Positions 17,360 to 27,034 of a stretch of DNA of 64,000 nt are shown piece by piece (position 1 is the stretch's first letter; each line of letters begins with the position of its first letter). The stretch comes from a virus. Taxonomy: Duplodnaviria > Heunggongvirae > Uroviricota > Caudoviricetes. Made by a program: the position numbers and the translations under genes. The notes beneath the pieces are model-generated. The model made no database searches. It was not told the DNA's origin and saw only the letters and a program-made list of their open reading frames with translations. The DNA lies in the IMG/VR virus record IMGVR_UViG_3300037454_000478, positions 58,449-122,448 of that record, one strand, 5' to 3'.

Positions 17360-18613
17360 ATGAATAACGCAAATGAAATGATTTTTCCGGGAAACCTCAA
17401 GGTTTTCGCACAGACTGTCGAGCAGGAGGTATACGGCCAGCTATATCGTTTGTTGAGCTTGGATGCCTTCCGTGACGCAAAGATCCGTATCATGCCGGAT
17501 ACCCATGCCGGTATGGGTTGCGTGATTGGATTCACTGCCGCCTTGGGCGATAAGGTTGTCCCTAACCTCGTTGGGGTGGACATCGGATGCGGTATGTTCG
17601 TCCAAAACCTTGGACAAATAGACATTGATCTTCCGGCACTGGATAAATTTATCCGTGAGCATATTCCGTCCGGAAGCGGAGTCAATGAAATACAAGGAAC
17701 CCGCGTTGAATTTCCGGAGCTGAAAGATATGCGGATGTACAAGAGCCTCCGTAATATCGATCACTTACAGTCTTCGATTGGTTCCTTGGGTGGCGGAAAC
17801 CACTTCATTGAACTTGACCGCGACTCGAATGGTAACGTATACCTTGTTATCCATACGGGAAGCCGTAACCTTGGACAGCAGGTGTGTAAGCACTATCAAA
17901 AACTCGCTGTGGATCAATGCAATAAGCACTCTGCGGATATCAAGCGTGAGATCAATTCCGCCATCGAGCAGCTCAAGGCGGAAGGCCGTCAAAAGGAATC
18001 ATCGCGAGTTATCTCGGAAATCAAGGCAAAATACGGACGTATTGATAAGGTTCCGGCGGATTTGTGTTACCTTACCGGTGAACTCCGTGACGACTACCTC
18101 CACGATATGAAGATTTGTCAGGAGTTTGCCCGCCGTAACCGCGAGGAAATCGCCCACCGTATCTTCCGTCACATCAAATGGAGTGGCAAGTGGGGATTCC
18201 ACACCATCCACAATTACATCGATTTCACGGATAAGATCATCCGTAAGGGTGCTATCCGTTGTAATCAGGGTGAGATGGTCATTATCCCGTTGAATATGCG
18301 TGACGGATCGATCCTTGCCATTGGTAAAGGTAACGAGGATTGGAACTTTTCCGGCCCTCATGGCGCTGGTCGTTTGATGTCCCGTTCCGCTGCCAAGGAG
18401 TCAATCTCAATGAAAGACTTTAGGGCTTCGATGGAAGGTATCTACACCACATCGGTCAACAAAAACACCTTGGACGAATCCCCGATGGCATACAAAAACG
18501 CCAACGAAATCGTGGAGGCCATTCGAGATACTGTTGATGTAATTGAGGTGATCAAGCCCATTTACAACTTCAAGGCCAGTGAGACTGATGAGGATTATAA
18601 CCGCCAAAAATAA
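17360..18613 (+). CDS. rtcB: RtcB-family RNA ligase (joins 3'-phosphate to 5'-OH)
   Basis: MPDTHAGMGC, GGGNHFIEL and HNYI motifs, with RtcB-typical length. Confidence 0.85.
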   Translation: MNNANEMIFPGNLKVFAQTVEQEVYGQLYRLLSLDAFRDAKIRIMPDTHAGMGCVIGFTAALGDKVVPNLVGVDIGCGMFVQNLGQIDIDLPALDKFIREHIPSGSGVNEIQGTRVEFPELKDMRMYKSLRNIDHLQSSIGSLGGGNHFIELDRDSNGNVYLVIHTGSRNLGQQVCKHYQKLAVDQCNKHSADIKREINSAIEQLKAEGRQKESSRVISEIKAKYGRIDKVPADLCYLTGELRDDYLHDMKICQEFARRNREEIAHRIFRHIKWSGKWGFHTIHNYIDFTDKIIRKGAIRCNQGEMVIIPLNMRDGSILAIGKGNEDWNFSGPHGAGRLMSRSAAKESISMKDFRASMEGIYTTSVNKNTLDESPMAYKNANEIVEAIRDTVDVIEVIKPIYNFKASETDEDYNRQK

Positions 18614-18624
18614 CCAGCCATTGT

Positions 18625-18981
18625 ATGAAAACGTATCAACCTCACATACATGATTTTGGATACAAGTTGGGGGCTACCGATGAATTTCGGGAGGCCCTCA
18701 AGTCGTTAGGCTTCAAGTTCGTTGCTCCAACGGTAAACCGAGGATGTCACTGGGGTATGGTATACTTCTTCAATGAAGATCTTGAATTGGCTAAATCCTT
18801 GATAGACCCATCGGATAAACATTTCCGTATTGACACGGAAACCCGGTATTTCTATGTATCTCCGTACCGGGCGGATCCGGATTCTTCCCATTGGGGATTC
18901 TCGATCTCCTCAAATAAGCCACGGGTTTACAAATCCGTGACCCGGAAAAAACGAGGCCCATATCATAAAAAAGGTAAATAA
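18625..18981 (+). CDS. hypothetical protein (118 aa)
   Basis: ORF. Confidence 0.5.
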   Translation: MKTYQPHIHDFGYKLGATDEFREALKSLGFKFVAPTVNRGCHWGMVYFFNEDLELAKSLIDPSDKHFRIDTETRYFYVSPYRADPDSSHWGFSISSNKPRVYKSVTRKKRGPYHKKGK

Positions 18982-18999
18982 TTCTAAAACATAAACATC

Positions 19000-19191
19000 A
19001 TGATTATCGTAATAGGTAAAGAAGACCGCGCTAAAATGCTGGACGCACAGGCGTATGTACATCAGTACGGAAAACTCATGCTCCAAGAACAATGGACAAG
19101 TCGGGATTCGGCAAAAATCATAGATGCCGACTGCCAAAAGATAGCCAACCGTATCCTCAAGGCACTCGGAAAAAAATTTCGTCATGAATAA
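19000..19191 (+). CDS. hypothetical protein (63 aa)
   Basis: ORF. Confidence 0.35.
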   Translation: MIIVIGKEDRAKMLDAQAYVHQYGKLMLQEQWTSRDSAKIIDADCQKIANRILKALGKKFRHE

Positions 19192-19523
19192 TGGAAATAC
19201 GTCAACAAAAACCACATACCAAAGAATGTGCCTATGACGGATTCGGTAACGAACTCCATGTAGGTGATAAAGTCGCATTTGCCGCCAGCCGGTGGACTGG
19301 CGATTACATAATGTATATCGGCATTGTCCGTGGATGGTCGGAAAAGATGCTCCGGATTGAAGGGCTTTCCGGTGCAACCAATTCCGACAAGCCCGCCGGT
19401 ATGGAATATACTCCGATTATCGGACGGATTTCCAACCGCAAGCCGGATAAGTGTTTGAAAATTTCCGGCGGAACGGATACCCTGGACGAAGGATTTATCA
19501 AGTTTAAGGAAAGTCAATCATAA
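19191..19523 (+). CDS. hypothetical protein (110 aa)
   Basis: ORF. Confidence 0.5.
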   Translation: MEIRQQKPHTKECAYDGFGNELHVGDKVAFAASRWTGDYIMYIGIVRGWSEKMLRIEGLSGATNSDKPAGMEYTPIIGRISNRKPDKCLKISGGTDTLDEGFIKFKESQS

Positions 19524-19534
19524 ATAACAAACTC

Positions 19535-19903
19535 ATGAAAAACGATAAGTATAGAGGATATATTGTTGAGGATGACCGTGATGGTGATTCGGACGGTTTT
19601 CACAGAAATGTCATTAAACGTCCTGATGGTACCGTGGTGAGGGATGGTGTATATGATTATTGCCTGATGCATGTCATTAACAGCCTCCCGGATTTAACGG
19701 CAGAACCGGATACACTGGAGGTCAAATTTAATTGGAAACATTCATCCAACAAGCCGGCCGACCATTTACCACTTGTATGTATGACAAATAAGGGTAGTAT
19801 TATGACCCTTAAAGCATCAGGTGATGAAAGAACGTGGAAAGAACACTATGTAAGAAAATACAATATCAAATACTGGGCGTACCAGCATGAAATAAACGTA
19901 TAA
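19535..19903 (+). CDS. hypothetical protein (122 aa)
   Basis: ORF. Confidence 0.5.
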   Translation: MKNDKYRGYIVEDDRDGDSDGFHRNVIKRPDGTVVRDGVYDYCLMHVINSLPDLTAEPDTLEVKFNWKHSSNKPADHLPLVCMTNKGSIMTLKASGDERTWKEHYVRKYNIKYWAYQHEINV

Positions 19904-19907
19904 AAAC

Positions 19908-20147
19908 ATGTCAAACGAACAATGGATAAATATTAAGGATCAACATCCGGAAGACGGTCAACGAGTCCTTACATGGAATAACAAATTCTGCGAAGAGCGT
20001 ATTCAGGTGTTCAACGAGGAGTATCAGTGTTGGGATACCGAGGACGCCGATGATTTTGAGTTTGAATTGGGTGCCACATTGCATGGTGGTCAATTGGTCA
20101 TCGAATACTGGCAACCCCTTCCGGGAAAACCCGAACAACATGTATAA
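19908..20147 (+). CDS. hypothetical protein (79 aa)
   Basis: ORF. Confidence 0.45.
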   Translation: MSNEQWINIKDQHPEDGQRVLTWNNKFCEERIQVFNEEYQCWDTEDADDFEFELGATLHGGQLVIEYWQPLPGKPEQHV

Positions 20148-20151
20148 TATT

Positions 20152-20358
20152 ATGGACTTTAAGATTTTCGTTAAGGCATTCGGTGCGGCACTCCTACAGT
20201 TCATCTGTTTATACTTCATTTGTTGGAGTGCCAGTGCCATATTCGACACGCAGTTTACTTACATCAATTATGTATGTACCTGTGTTTTTGTATTAACCGT
20301 CAATTATTTCTACGATGGGATTGAAAAGAAGCAAAATAACAATACAGATCGGCTATGA
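20152..20358 (+). CDS. small membrane protein (68 aa)
   Basis: ATG immediately after the previous stop; two hydrophobic segments. Confidence 0.4.
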   Translation: MDFKIFVKAFGAALLQFICLYFICWSASAIFDTQFTYINYVCTCVFVLTVNYFYDGIEKKQNNNTDRL

Positions 20359-21056
20359 ATCCAAAACGTTTACTTAACTACGAGTTTCTCCGGGATAACA
20401 TAATGTGTATGGATGAACTCGATAAACAAACATCACAGATACTCAAGTCCATGCTGTTGCTTGCTTGCTACGACCTTTCATATATCAAGTTTGTTGACGC
20501 CCGTTTCTTTGTGGATACCATGGGTGGTGACAAGGTAACGATTATCCTTGGCCTAATAAGCAGAAAGCATTCAACACAAATACATTACGAGGTATCCGCG
20601 GATAGCCATTGCCACAACGCCAGCATCAAACGTAAGTTTGGTGTTTTCGAACTCAACAAAGATAATGGCACATGGAACCCGGTAGGAGCGTGTGAGTTGG
20701 GTGAGGATGCAGGTGAATTATTATCGTTGATAATCAAGAACGTACCGAGAGAGTTCATCATTGAAGAGGGGCCGGAAGATTTACCGGTTACCACGGATCC
20801 CATCCCCCCCGGCAAGTTACCAGTGATTCAACCGGATCAACTTCTTCAATTAAAGAAGGATATCGATGATTCCGTTGATGGTAAACTCGAACATGCAGCG
20901 GAAAGGATTCAGGCTTGGATCACTGATGAGTTCTGTCCGGTACTCCAGGAGTGGCTCGAAAAGGCTCTTGGCCGCAAATTGGATGTCAAAATAATGGACA
21001 AAACAAATGACGAGCACAAGGGGGATCCGGATAAAAACAAAAGCAACTTAATATAA
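20355..21056 (+). CDS. hypothetical protein (233 aa)
   Basis: ORF. Confidence 0.55.
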   Translation: MNPKRLLNYEFLRDNIMCMDELDKQTSQILKSMLLLACYDLSYIKFVDARFFVDTMGGDKVTIILGLISRKHSTQIHYEVSADSHCHNASIKRKFGVFELNKDNGTWNPVGACELGEDAGELLSLIIKNVPREFIIEEGPEDLPVTTDPIPPGKLPVIQPDQLLQLKKDIDDSVDGKLEHAAERIQAWITDEFCPVLQEWLEKALGRKLDVKIMDKTNDEHKGDPDKNKSNLI

Positions 21057-21574
21057 TGGAAGTCGGTGGCAATAACAAAACATACCCGGGGAGAAACCTA
21101 TCAAATTTCTTCCCACACCCCTTTATATTCCGCGGATTTGAGATTTCGTCCATGGAAGGTTTTCTGCAAGGATTGAAATTCAAATCGCCGGAAATGCAGG
21201 CAGAAGTATTCAAGTTGGTTGGTCTTGCTGCAAAGAAAAAAGGTGCCCCTAAAAATTGGCAACAAACCCAAACGTTATGGTTCCAGGGTAACCCAATACC
21301 TCGCAGATCCGAAACTTACCAATCCCTTCTTGACGAGGTATATGATGCCATGTACGAACAAAATGGTGCATTCCGTAAGGCATTGGCAGATGTTCCCGTA
21401 GACGCGGTGTTGACCCATTCCATCGGACGCACAAACGAATCGGAAACTGTGCTAACTATTCGGGAGTTTATCAGCCGGTTGAATAAATTACGCCGCGGAG
21501 AAAAGCTGTGCAAAAATCCGGTTATTTTTCCAAAACAGGAAGATATTGAAAATCAATTGTTTACACAAGGATAA
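21056..21574 (+). CDS. hypothetical protein (172 aa)
   Basis: ORF. Confidence 0.55.
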   Translation: MEVGGNNKTYPGRNLSNFFPHPFIFRGFEISSMEGFLQGLKFKSPEMQAEVFKLVGLAAKKKGAPKNWQQTQTLWFQGNPIPRRSETYQSLLDEVYDAMYEQNGAFRKALADVPVDAVLTHSIGRTNESETVLTIREFISRLNKLRRGEKLCKNPVIFPKQEDIENQLFTQG

Positions 21575-21585
21575 CTGTAGAATTT

Positions 21586-21680
21586 TTCCCCTTTTCCACA
21601 GGAAAATCACATCAAAACTTCCCTTTTTCCAAGGAAAAGACATGCCAAAACTTCCCTTTTTCCACGGAAACTACCTGAAC
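21586..21680. promoter_or_regulatory. array of three palindromic TTTTCC-N2/3-GGAAA sites with ~34 bp period (operator or iteron-like)
   Basis: cccTTTTCCacaGGAAAAtcacatcaaaa, cttcccTTTTTCCaaGGAAAAgacatgccaaaa and cttcccTTTTTCCacGGAAActacctgaac. Confidence 0.6.
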
Positions 21681-21685
21681 TGTTT

Positions 21686-21715
21686 GTTAACATCCGGGTA
21701 GTTTTATTTATATAT
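21686..21715 (+). promoter_or_regulatory. conserved phage promoter (GTTAAC variant), downstream of the triple palindrome array
   Basis: gttaac at 21686-91 and tttatatat at 21707-15; ATG at 21734. Confidence 0.5.
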
Positions 21716-21733
21716 CAATGAAATTGTAAAAAT

Positions 21734-22075
21734 ATGGACAACGTGGCGAAAAAAATATGGAGCGTATCCGAGCTCGAAAATTTTGAGCGTACAATCCATA
21801 AAGTCCTTGAAGAGAATGACTGGCGGGATGGACATAAGTTCCATACACGTATAGATGCATATCTTAATAACATCGGCACACGGATTTTGACCAATGCTGT
21901 GGAACTCTCATATGACATCATATATTGCTTTGATAAGGAACGTACCGAAAAACACACTGAATGTTTTACCCCGGGTAACGTTATGTCAATTTACAATCAT
22001 ATTGATGATATTGAGATGTTGGTAAGACTCCACAGTCGTAGGTTAAATGCGATGGAACATTTTAATAGAAAATGA
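21734..22075 (+). CDS. hypothetical protein (113 aa)
   Basis: ATG after a promoter box. Confidence 0.5.
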   Translation: MDNVAKKIWSVSELENFERTIHKVLEENDWRDGHKFHTRIDAYLNNIGTRILTNAVELSYDIIYCFDKERTEKHTECFTPGNVMSIYNHIDDIEMLVRLHSRRLNAMEHFNRK

Positions 22076-22076
22076 T

Positions 22077-22409
22077 ATGGATAACCAATTAAACAACATC
22101 GACTCACAGGATATCGAACAATTCATTAGCAAATTTAGAACCCCCGAAACCATAAAGGTGTTCACGGAAGGTTGTTGCTACTGGTTTGCCCATATCCTTT
22201 ATACCCGGTTTTCAATGACCCATAAGGATCCTGAAATATGGTATAATATGGTGAGTGGACATTTTGCAACAAAGATAAACGGCAAAATATACGACATAAC
22301 CGGAGAAATAAAGGATCCGGATGATAAATGGATTAAATGGGATGAATATTTGACGATTGAACCTTCTTATTCGGTAGTCGTGATTAACGGATGTATCCTA
22401 AAAAATTAA
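22077..22409 (+). CDS. hypothetical protein (110 aa)
   Basis: ATG 2 nt after the previous stop. Confidence 0.5.
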   Translation: MDNQLNNIDSQDIEQFISKFRTPETIKVFTEGCCYWFAHILYTRFSMTHKDPEIWYNMVSGHFATKINGKIYDITGEIKDPDDKWIKWDEYLTIEPSYSVVVINGCILKN

Positions 22410-22421
22410 AAATATAACATT

Positions 22422-22604
22422 ATGAGTTTCAAAGAAGTCCAGCAGTATTTCCGTAATCTCAAAAATCAACCAAGTTGTGATGAGTGTCCATTTCGTTCCA
22501 CGTGTCCGGAAGGCTATCCGATTTGTGATTCCGTAATAGATGCAAATCCAGTGGAGAAACATGAACCGAAAGATCCAAGACAGTTAAACCTTTTTAATCA
22601 ATAA
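22422..22604 (+). CDS. small Cys-rich protein (60 aa)
   Basis: CDECPFRSTCPEGYPICDS. Confidence 0.4.
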   Translation: MSFKEVQQYFRNLKNQPSCDECPFRSTCPEGYPICDSVIDANPVEKHEPKDPRQLNLFNQ

Positions 22605-22606
22605 GA

Positions 22607-23110
22607 TATGGAAAAAAATAAAAAACCGACAAGACCAGCAAGCCCAACGGCTATTCAGAATGTGCTGACAAGGCATACGCCACTTCGGATGAGGTCAAAA
22701 AGCAATTTGCACATTACCTGTACCAACGTGAATGCAACGAAGTAACCGGCGAATGGACGTGCCCAAACTGTCCCTTTAATAAGGAGTGCAACAAAAACCT
22801 CGAAGCCGGTGGATCTGCAACGACTGAATTGTGTGAGGTTATCCTCGGACAGGAGGCTGCAGCCGGAATCCGTAAGCGTACGGCAGAACGTTGGGAAGCC
22901 CATATGAATAACCCCAATGGCGTCTATTACATCGAAAACACCATCGATGAAATACATACCAAGATCAGTGGTTATTTCAAAACCTTCGGTGAAGCCATGG
23001 ATGGTTTGAAGGACTGTGCCGACTGGTTCCGTGATAATGGTACCGGAAAGATCTACTTCCAAGAATACGGTTTCCACTCCCGCCGGAGATTGGTATACGA
23101 AGCTCGATAA
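22607..23110 (+). pseudogene. Cys-motif gene (CPNCPFNKEC) interrupted by two frameshifts: either a sequencing artefact or a pseudogene
   Basis: The ATG 22607 frame hits a stop at 22742. A protein-like frame (KTDKTSKPNGYSECADKAY...EWTCPNCPFNKECNKNL) runs from 22621. The third frame continues from ~22801 (EAGGSATTELCEVILGQ...) to 23110. Both frame changes lie at homopolymer runs (A6/A7 and CCTCC). Confidence 0.35.
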
Positions 23111-23114
23111 TTTT

Positions 23115-23145
23115 GTTAAGGTTCAACCTCCGATGTTTATATATA
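23115..23145 (+). promoter_or_regulatory. conserved phage promoter
   Basis: gttaag at 23115-20 and tttatatata at 23136-45; ATG at 23166. The extended match to 12823-12870 includes ..gatgtttatatataccYgaac. Confidence 0.6.
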
Positions 23146-23165
23146 CCTGAACAAAGGAATATCAT

Positions 23166-23726
23166 ATGAAACACAACAGCTCTATCGAATTTACCGAATG
23201 TTTGGGCGTTCAAATTGCTTATGGTATCCGTCCGGATGTTACCAAAGAAGATATTGACATTATCGTTGAGGAGCTCACAAGAGCAGGTATGAGACCGGAT
23301 TACCGTGAGCCAAAGGCCGTAAAAGATACCTTGTTTGTAGGTGTTGATTACAAGAAACCAACCGTCTTCTTCGATGATGATGGTAGGAAGTTTTGTGTGG
23401 GTTATTATATCCGCACCATTGATCCAGCCAAGGCCACCGAAAGAATCATGCAGATCGTAGTTACTAAATCATATCAGCGTCTAATAAGTGCTGTCGAGGA
23501 GAACCCGGATGAAGATTGGCATGTCAATTATTGCATCCAGTTTAACTGCAAAGGACATGCTTGGGTGCTTGGCCGTAAAAAGCAGATCTGTGGATACACT
23601 CCCAAGGGCATGACCATGGTTTACAAGATGGTGCCAACCATGGAGCCACTCCGTGCAGAAATCCGCCATAACATCGAGACCATCAAGCGCTATATCGATG
23701 GGGGTCAACCTGTTATAAAATCATAA
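23166..23726 (+). CDS. hypothetical protein (186 aa)
   Basis: ATG after a conserved promoter. Confidence 0.6.
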   Translation: MKHNSSIEFTECLGVQIAYGIRPDVTKEDIDIIVEELTRAGMRPDYREPKAVKDTLFVGVDYKKPTVFFDDDGRKFCVGYYIRTIDPAKATERIMQIVVTKSYQRLISAVEENPDEDWHVNYCIQFNCKGHAWVLGRKKQICGYTPKGMTMVYKMVPTMEPLRAEIRHNIETIKRYIDGGQPVIKS

Positions 23727-23827
23727 CCAACGCGCTAAAAACAGGACAGTTTACAACATATTTTTAAAGAGTCGCAGCAATAAAAACTGTGGCTCTTTTT
23801 AATATTTTATAAAAACGCACAATCATA

Positions 23828-24196
23828 ATGGATATCATCATAACCATACCCAAGAATATCAAATGGAACGAATATTTGAAGGAGATTTCCGCAGTGCGGA
23901 ATGGTGATCAGCAGATGATGTTTAAGGTACCTCATTTACCACAACGTGCCAACATTGGGGATCGGTGTTACCTTTGTTATCAAGGAAAAATCATTGGTTT
24001 TATGAATATCAGTTGGCTCGGGTATAACCCGGGGTTTGACTGTACCACAACTGGCATTCATTGGGATGCAGGCAACTATATTGCCCGCTCCGGTCATTTC
24101 TATAGGATATGTGAAGACATTGATTACAAAGGTTTCCAAGGTTTCCGATACGCACCCGTGGAATGGAGGTATATAGGCTTTAAAGACGAACAATAA
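23828..24196 (+). CDS. hypothetical protein (122 aa)
   Basis: ORF. Confidence 0.5.
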   Translation: MDIIITIPKNIKWNEYLKEISAVRNGDQQMMFKVPHLPQRANIGDRCYLCYQGKIIGFMNISWLGYNPGFDCTTTGIHWDAGNYIARSGHFYRICEDIDYKGFQGFRYAPVEWRYIGFKDEQ

Positions 24197-24212
24197 AAAT
24201 AAATCAACATAT

Positions 24213-26525
24213 ATGCCCGATAATCTACATAAGTCCGAGGTGGTAAATGAACTCGTCACCGGATATATGGCGAGTATACGTAATCGCGATATCATCGTTA
24301 TAAAACGTAGTGGTACCAAAGCTAACTACGACCTCGATAAAATCCGTAGGGCAATCCGCCAGTGTTTCAAACGATGCCATGTTCGCTACCGCGTGGAATT
24401 GCTCGAAAAAATTGATAATGAAATCAAACATGCAATTGCCGTAAAGATGGTGGATTATTCCACACATCCACCGTATCCGGAAGAGGTGCGTACCATTAAG
24501 GTGGAGGACATTCAGGATATCGTTGAAAAAACCTTGATGGATAGCCAGCCGGAATGCGCAAAGGAGTACATTCTTTACCGCAACCATCGTGAACAAGTCC
24601 GTTCGTGGGTGGATTCAAAGGAGGATTTCATCCGCAAATATAAAGAAGCAGCCAACACGGCTAACGCAACGATTGATGATAACTCCAACGTAACCAACAA
24701 AAACATCGGTATCCTTAATACGGAAATCCACAAGGAGGACAACATTCAGATCTCCCGCCGTATGGTGGTTCGTAAACTCCGTAAGATATTCCCGGATTTC
24801 GATGCAAAACAGTATGAACGTGATCTCGCCGACCATATCATATACAAGCACGATGAAAGTTCGTTTGCAGGCGCTGTGGCACCTTATTGTGTTGCACTAA
24901 CCATGTATCCGTTCCTTGATGGTGGTATCAAAGGTATCGGTGGTCTTTCAGCAAAACCAAAGAATCTTGATTCGTATTGTGGTATGTTGGTCAATATGAT
25001 CTTCGCTATCTCCGCCCAGTTTGCCGGAGCAGTTGCCTGCCCGGAGGCTCTTTTGTACTTCGATTATTTCGCCCGTAAGGAGTGGGGTGATGATTATTAC
25101 CTCCACCCGGACGACATCGTCAATCCTCGTTCGAAACATCCACGAACAATCCGTGAACAAATCCATCAGCATTTCCAACAGGTGATTTATTCAATCAATC
25201 AACCGGCTGCGGCTCGTGGACTTCAAAGCGCCTTTGTCAATTTCTCATATTATGATAAGGCGTTTTATGACGGGATGTTTGGAAACTTCGCATTTCCGGA
25301 TTTCACGCAACCAATTTGGGAGAGTTTTAACTGGTTACAAAAGGATTTCATGCAATGGTTCAATAACGAACGCAAACGCTGTGTCCTTACGTTCCCGGTG
25401 GAATCATTTGCCATGGTGTATCAGGATCACAAGTTCCTCGACCCGGAAAGCGCCGATTTTGTGGCGGAAGAATATGCCCGTGGACACTCCTTCTTTACGT
25501 ATATTTCCGACACGGTGGACAGCCTTTCCAGTTGCTGCCGTTTGAAAAACAAACTCCAAACCAAGGAGTTCAACTTCACTAACGGTAATATGGGTCTTCA
25601 AACCGGATCCAAGTCGGTTATCACGATTAACCTCAACCGTATTATTCAGGATTGGGCCCGCGTAAATGGCCATATCATTATCCCATCCGGATTCTCCAAG
25701 GAGGCACAGGATAGTTTCATCAAATACCTTGGTGATATCCTTGACCGTATCTATAAATACCACACTGCGTATAACGAGCTTCTTTGGGATATGAAGGACG
25801 CCCATCTCCTCCCGGTATACGATGCCGGTTTCATCGATCTCAACAAACAATACCTCACGATTGGTATCAATGGTCTCAACCAAGCAGCCGAGTTTATCGG
25901 ATATACCTGTAATGACAACGAACAATACAAACATTTCTGTCAATTGATCTTTGGTGCCATCGCTGCCAAAAACAAGGATGCCGGTAAGGAGAAGTTCAAT
26001 GGTCATACACTTACGTTCAACACGGAGCAGGTACCGGCTGAATCCTTGGCCATTAAGAACTATAACTGGGATAAGGAGGATGACTATTGGGTTCCCGAAG
26101 ACACCAACCTTTATGCAAGTTACATTTTCAAACCAAATGATCCGACCACGGATATCTTTGAGAAACTCCGTCTCCATGGCCGTGAATACATCGGGGATTA
26201 TCTTGATGGTGGATCTGCCGCACATATCAACCTCGAGGAACACCTCACCAAGGATCAATACAAGAATATCATCAAGTATGCCGCCGAACAAGGTACCAAT
26301 TACTTCACCTTCAATATCCCAATGTCGGAGTGTTGTGATTGTGGACATATTGTAAACGGCCCGATTGAGGAGTGTCCGGAATGTCATAGCCATAACATTA
26401 AGTACTGGACTCGTATTATCGGATACCTCACTGCGGTGAAATCGTGGTCTGCTGGCCGTCAGGAGGAGTTCAAACACCGTATTTTCCACACTATGGAAAA
26501 GGATAAATTCCGTACGATGGAATAA
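24213..26525 (+). CDS. nrdD: anaerobic ribonucleoside-triphosphate reductase NrdD (class III ribonucleotide reductase)
   Basis: N-terminal ATP-cone (VIKRSGTKANYDLDKIRRAI). C-terminal Zn ribbon CCDCGH...CPECH. Glycyl-radical motif RIIGYLTAV near the C-terminus. Length 770 aa. Confidence 0.85.
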   Translation: MPDNLHKSEVVNELVTGYMASIRNRDIIVIKRSGTKANYDLDKIRRAIRQCFKRCHVRYRVELLEKIDNEIKHAIAVKMVDYSTHPPYPEEVRTIKVEDIQDIVEKTLMDSQPECAKEYILYRNHREQVRSWVDSKEDFIRKYKEAANTANATIDDNSNVTNKNIGILNTEIHKEDNIQISRRMVVRKLRKIFPDFDAKQYERDLADHIIYKHDESSFAGAVAPYCVALTMYPFLDGGIKGIGGLSAKPKNLDSYCGMLVNMIFAISAQFAGAVACPEALLYFDYFARKEWGDDYYLHPDDIVNPRSKHPRTIREQIHQHFQQVIYSINQPAAARGLQSAFVNFSYYDKAFYDGMFGNFAFPDFTQPIWESFNWLQKDFMQWFNNERKRCVLTFPVESFAMVYQDHKFLDPESADFVAEEYARGHSFFTYISDTVDSLSSCCRLKNKLQTKEFNFTNGNMGLQTGSKSVITINLNRIIQDWARVNGHIIIPSGFSKEAQDSFIKYLGDILDRIYKYHTAYNELLWDMKDAHLLPVYDAGFIDLNKQYLTIGINGLNQAAEFIGYTCNDNEQYKHFCQLIFGAIAAKNKDAGKEKFNGHTLTFNTEQVPAESLAIKNYNWDKEDDYWVPEDTNLYASYIFKPNDPTTDIFEKLRLHGREYIGDYLDGGSAAHINLEEHLTKDQYKNIIKYAAEQGTNYFTFNIPMSECCDCGHIVNGPIEECPECHSHNIKYWTRIIGYLTAVKSWSAGRQEEFKHRIFHTMEKDKFRTME

Positions 26526-26548
26526 CCAATAACAATCCAATACAAAAA

Positions 26549-26581
26549 ACCGGCGGTCGTTAAGATTTCGCCGGTTTTTGT
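26549..26581 (+). terminator. rho-independent terminator overlapping a promoter
   Basis: AAACCGGCG-gtcgttaagatttc-GCCGGTTTTT. Confidence 0.7.
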
Positions 26582-26590
26582 TTATATATA
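26559..26590 (+). promoter_or_regulatory. conserved phage promoter
   Basis: gttaag at 26559-64 and tttatatata at 26581-90; ATG at 26611. Confidence 0.5.
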
Positions 26591-26610
26591 TTTGATCAAA
26601 CTTTTTAATT

Positions 26611-26766
26611 ATGACACCGGAACTTGAAGCTTTTATTAGAAAAGAACTCAACCGCACGTGGAACGCCCGATATTACAAATATATCGATGAGTATATCCAA
26701 AACCTCACCGAACATCAACTCCTATACTGGCAGGCATGGAGTGAGGGTAAAATGGGATTATGTTAA
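26611..26766 (+). CDS. small hypothetical protein (51 aa)
   Basis: ATG at canonical spacing after the promoter box 26581-26590. Below the ORF-track cutoff. Confidence 0.35.
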   Translation: MTPELEAFIRKELNRTWNARYYKYIDEYIQNLTEHQLLYWQAWSEGKMGLC

Positions 26767-26775
26767 CCTAAAGTT

Positions 26776-27003
26776 TTGAATATGAAGAAATTATTTAGCA
26801 TTATTATTACGATTACGGTGCTGGCATGTGTCGCTCTTGATGTTGACCTTGCAGTTACCAACTACAACAACGGTAAGATCGGATTGATGATACTTTCGAT
26901 CATGGCAGGAGTATTGTGTTCTTTTGTTGCCGGCTCGAATATCTATGATATTATCCGAGGGATCCGCAAAAAAATAAAATCAATGGTTAACAATAAAGCC
27001 TGA
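26776..27003 (+). CDS. small membrane protein (75 aa)
   Basis: Two hydrophobic segments. Confidence 0.4.
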   Translation: MNMKKLFSIIITITVLACVALDVDLAVTNYNNGKIGLMILSIMAGVLCSFVAGSNIYDIIRGIRKKIKSMVNNKA

Positions 27004-27034
27004 TGCGTTATATAAACCTGAAAATATCATTATT

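Noticed and set aside
22655-23077. 140-aa minus-strand ORF
   Set aside because: Lies antisense to the frameshifted + strand Cys-motif gene. It exists only because the + strand reading is interrupted.
25404-26657. 417-aa minus-strand ORF
   Set aside because: Antisense shadow of nrdD, whose protein has clear family motifs on the + strand.
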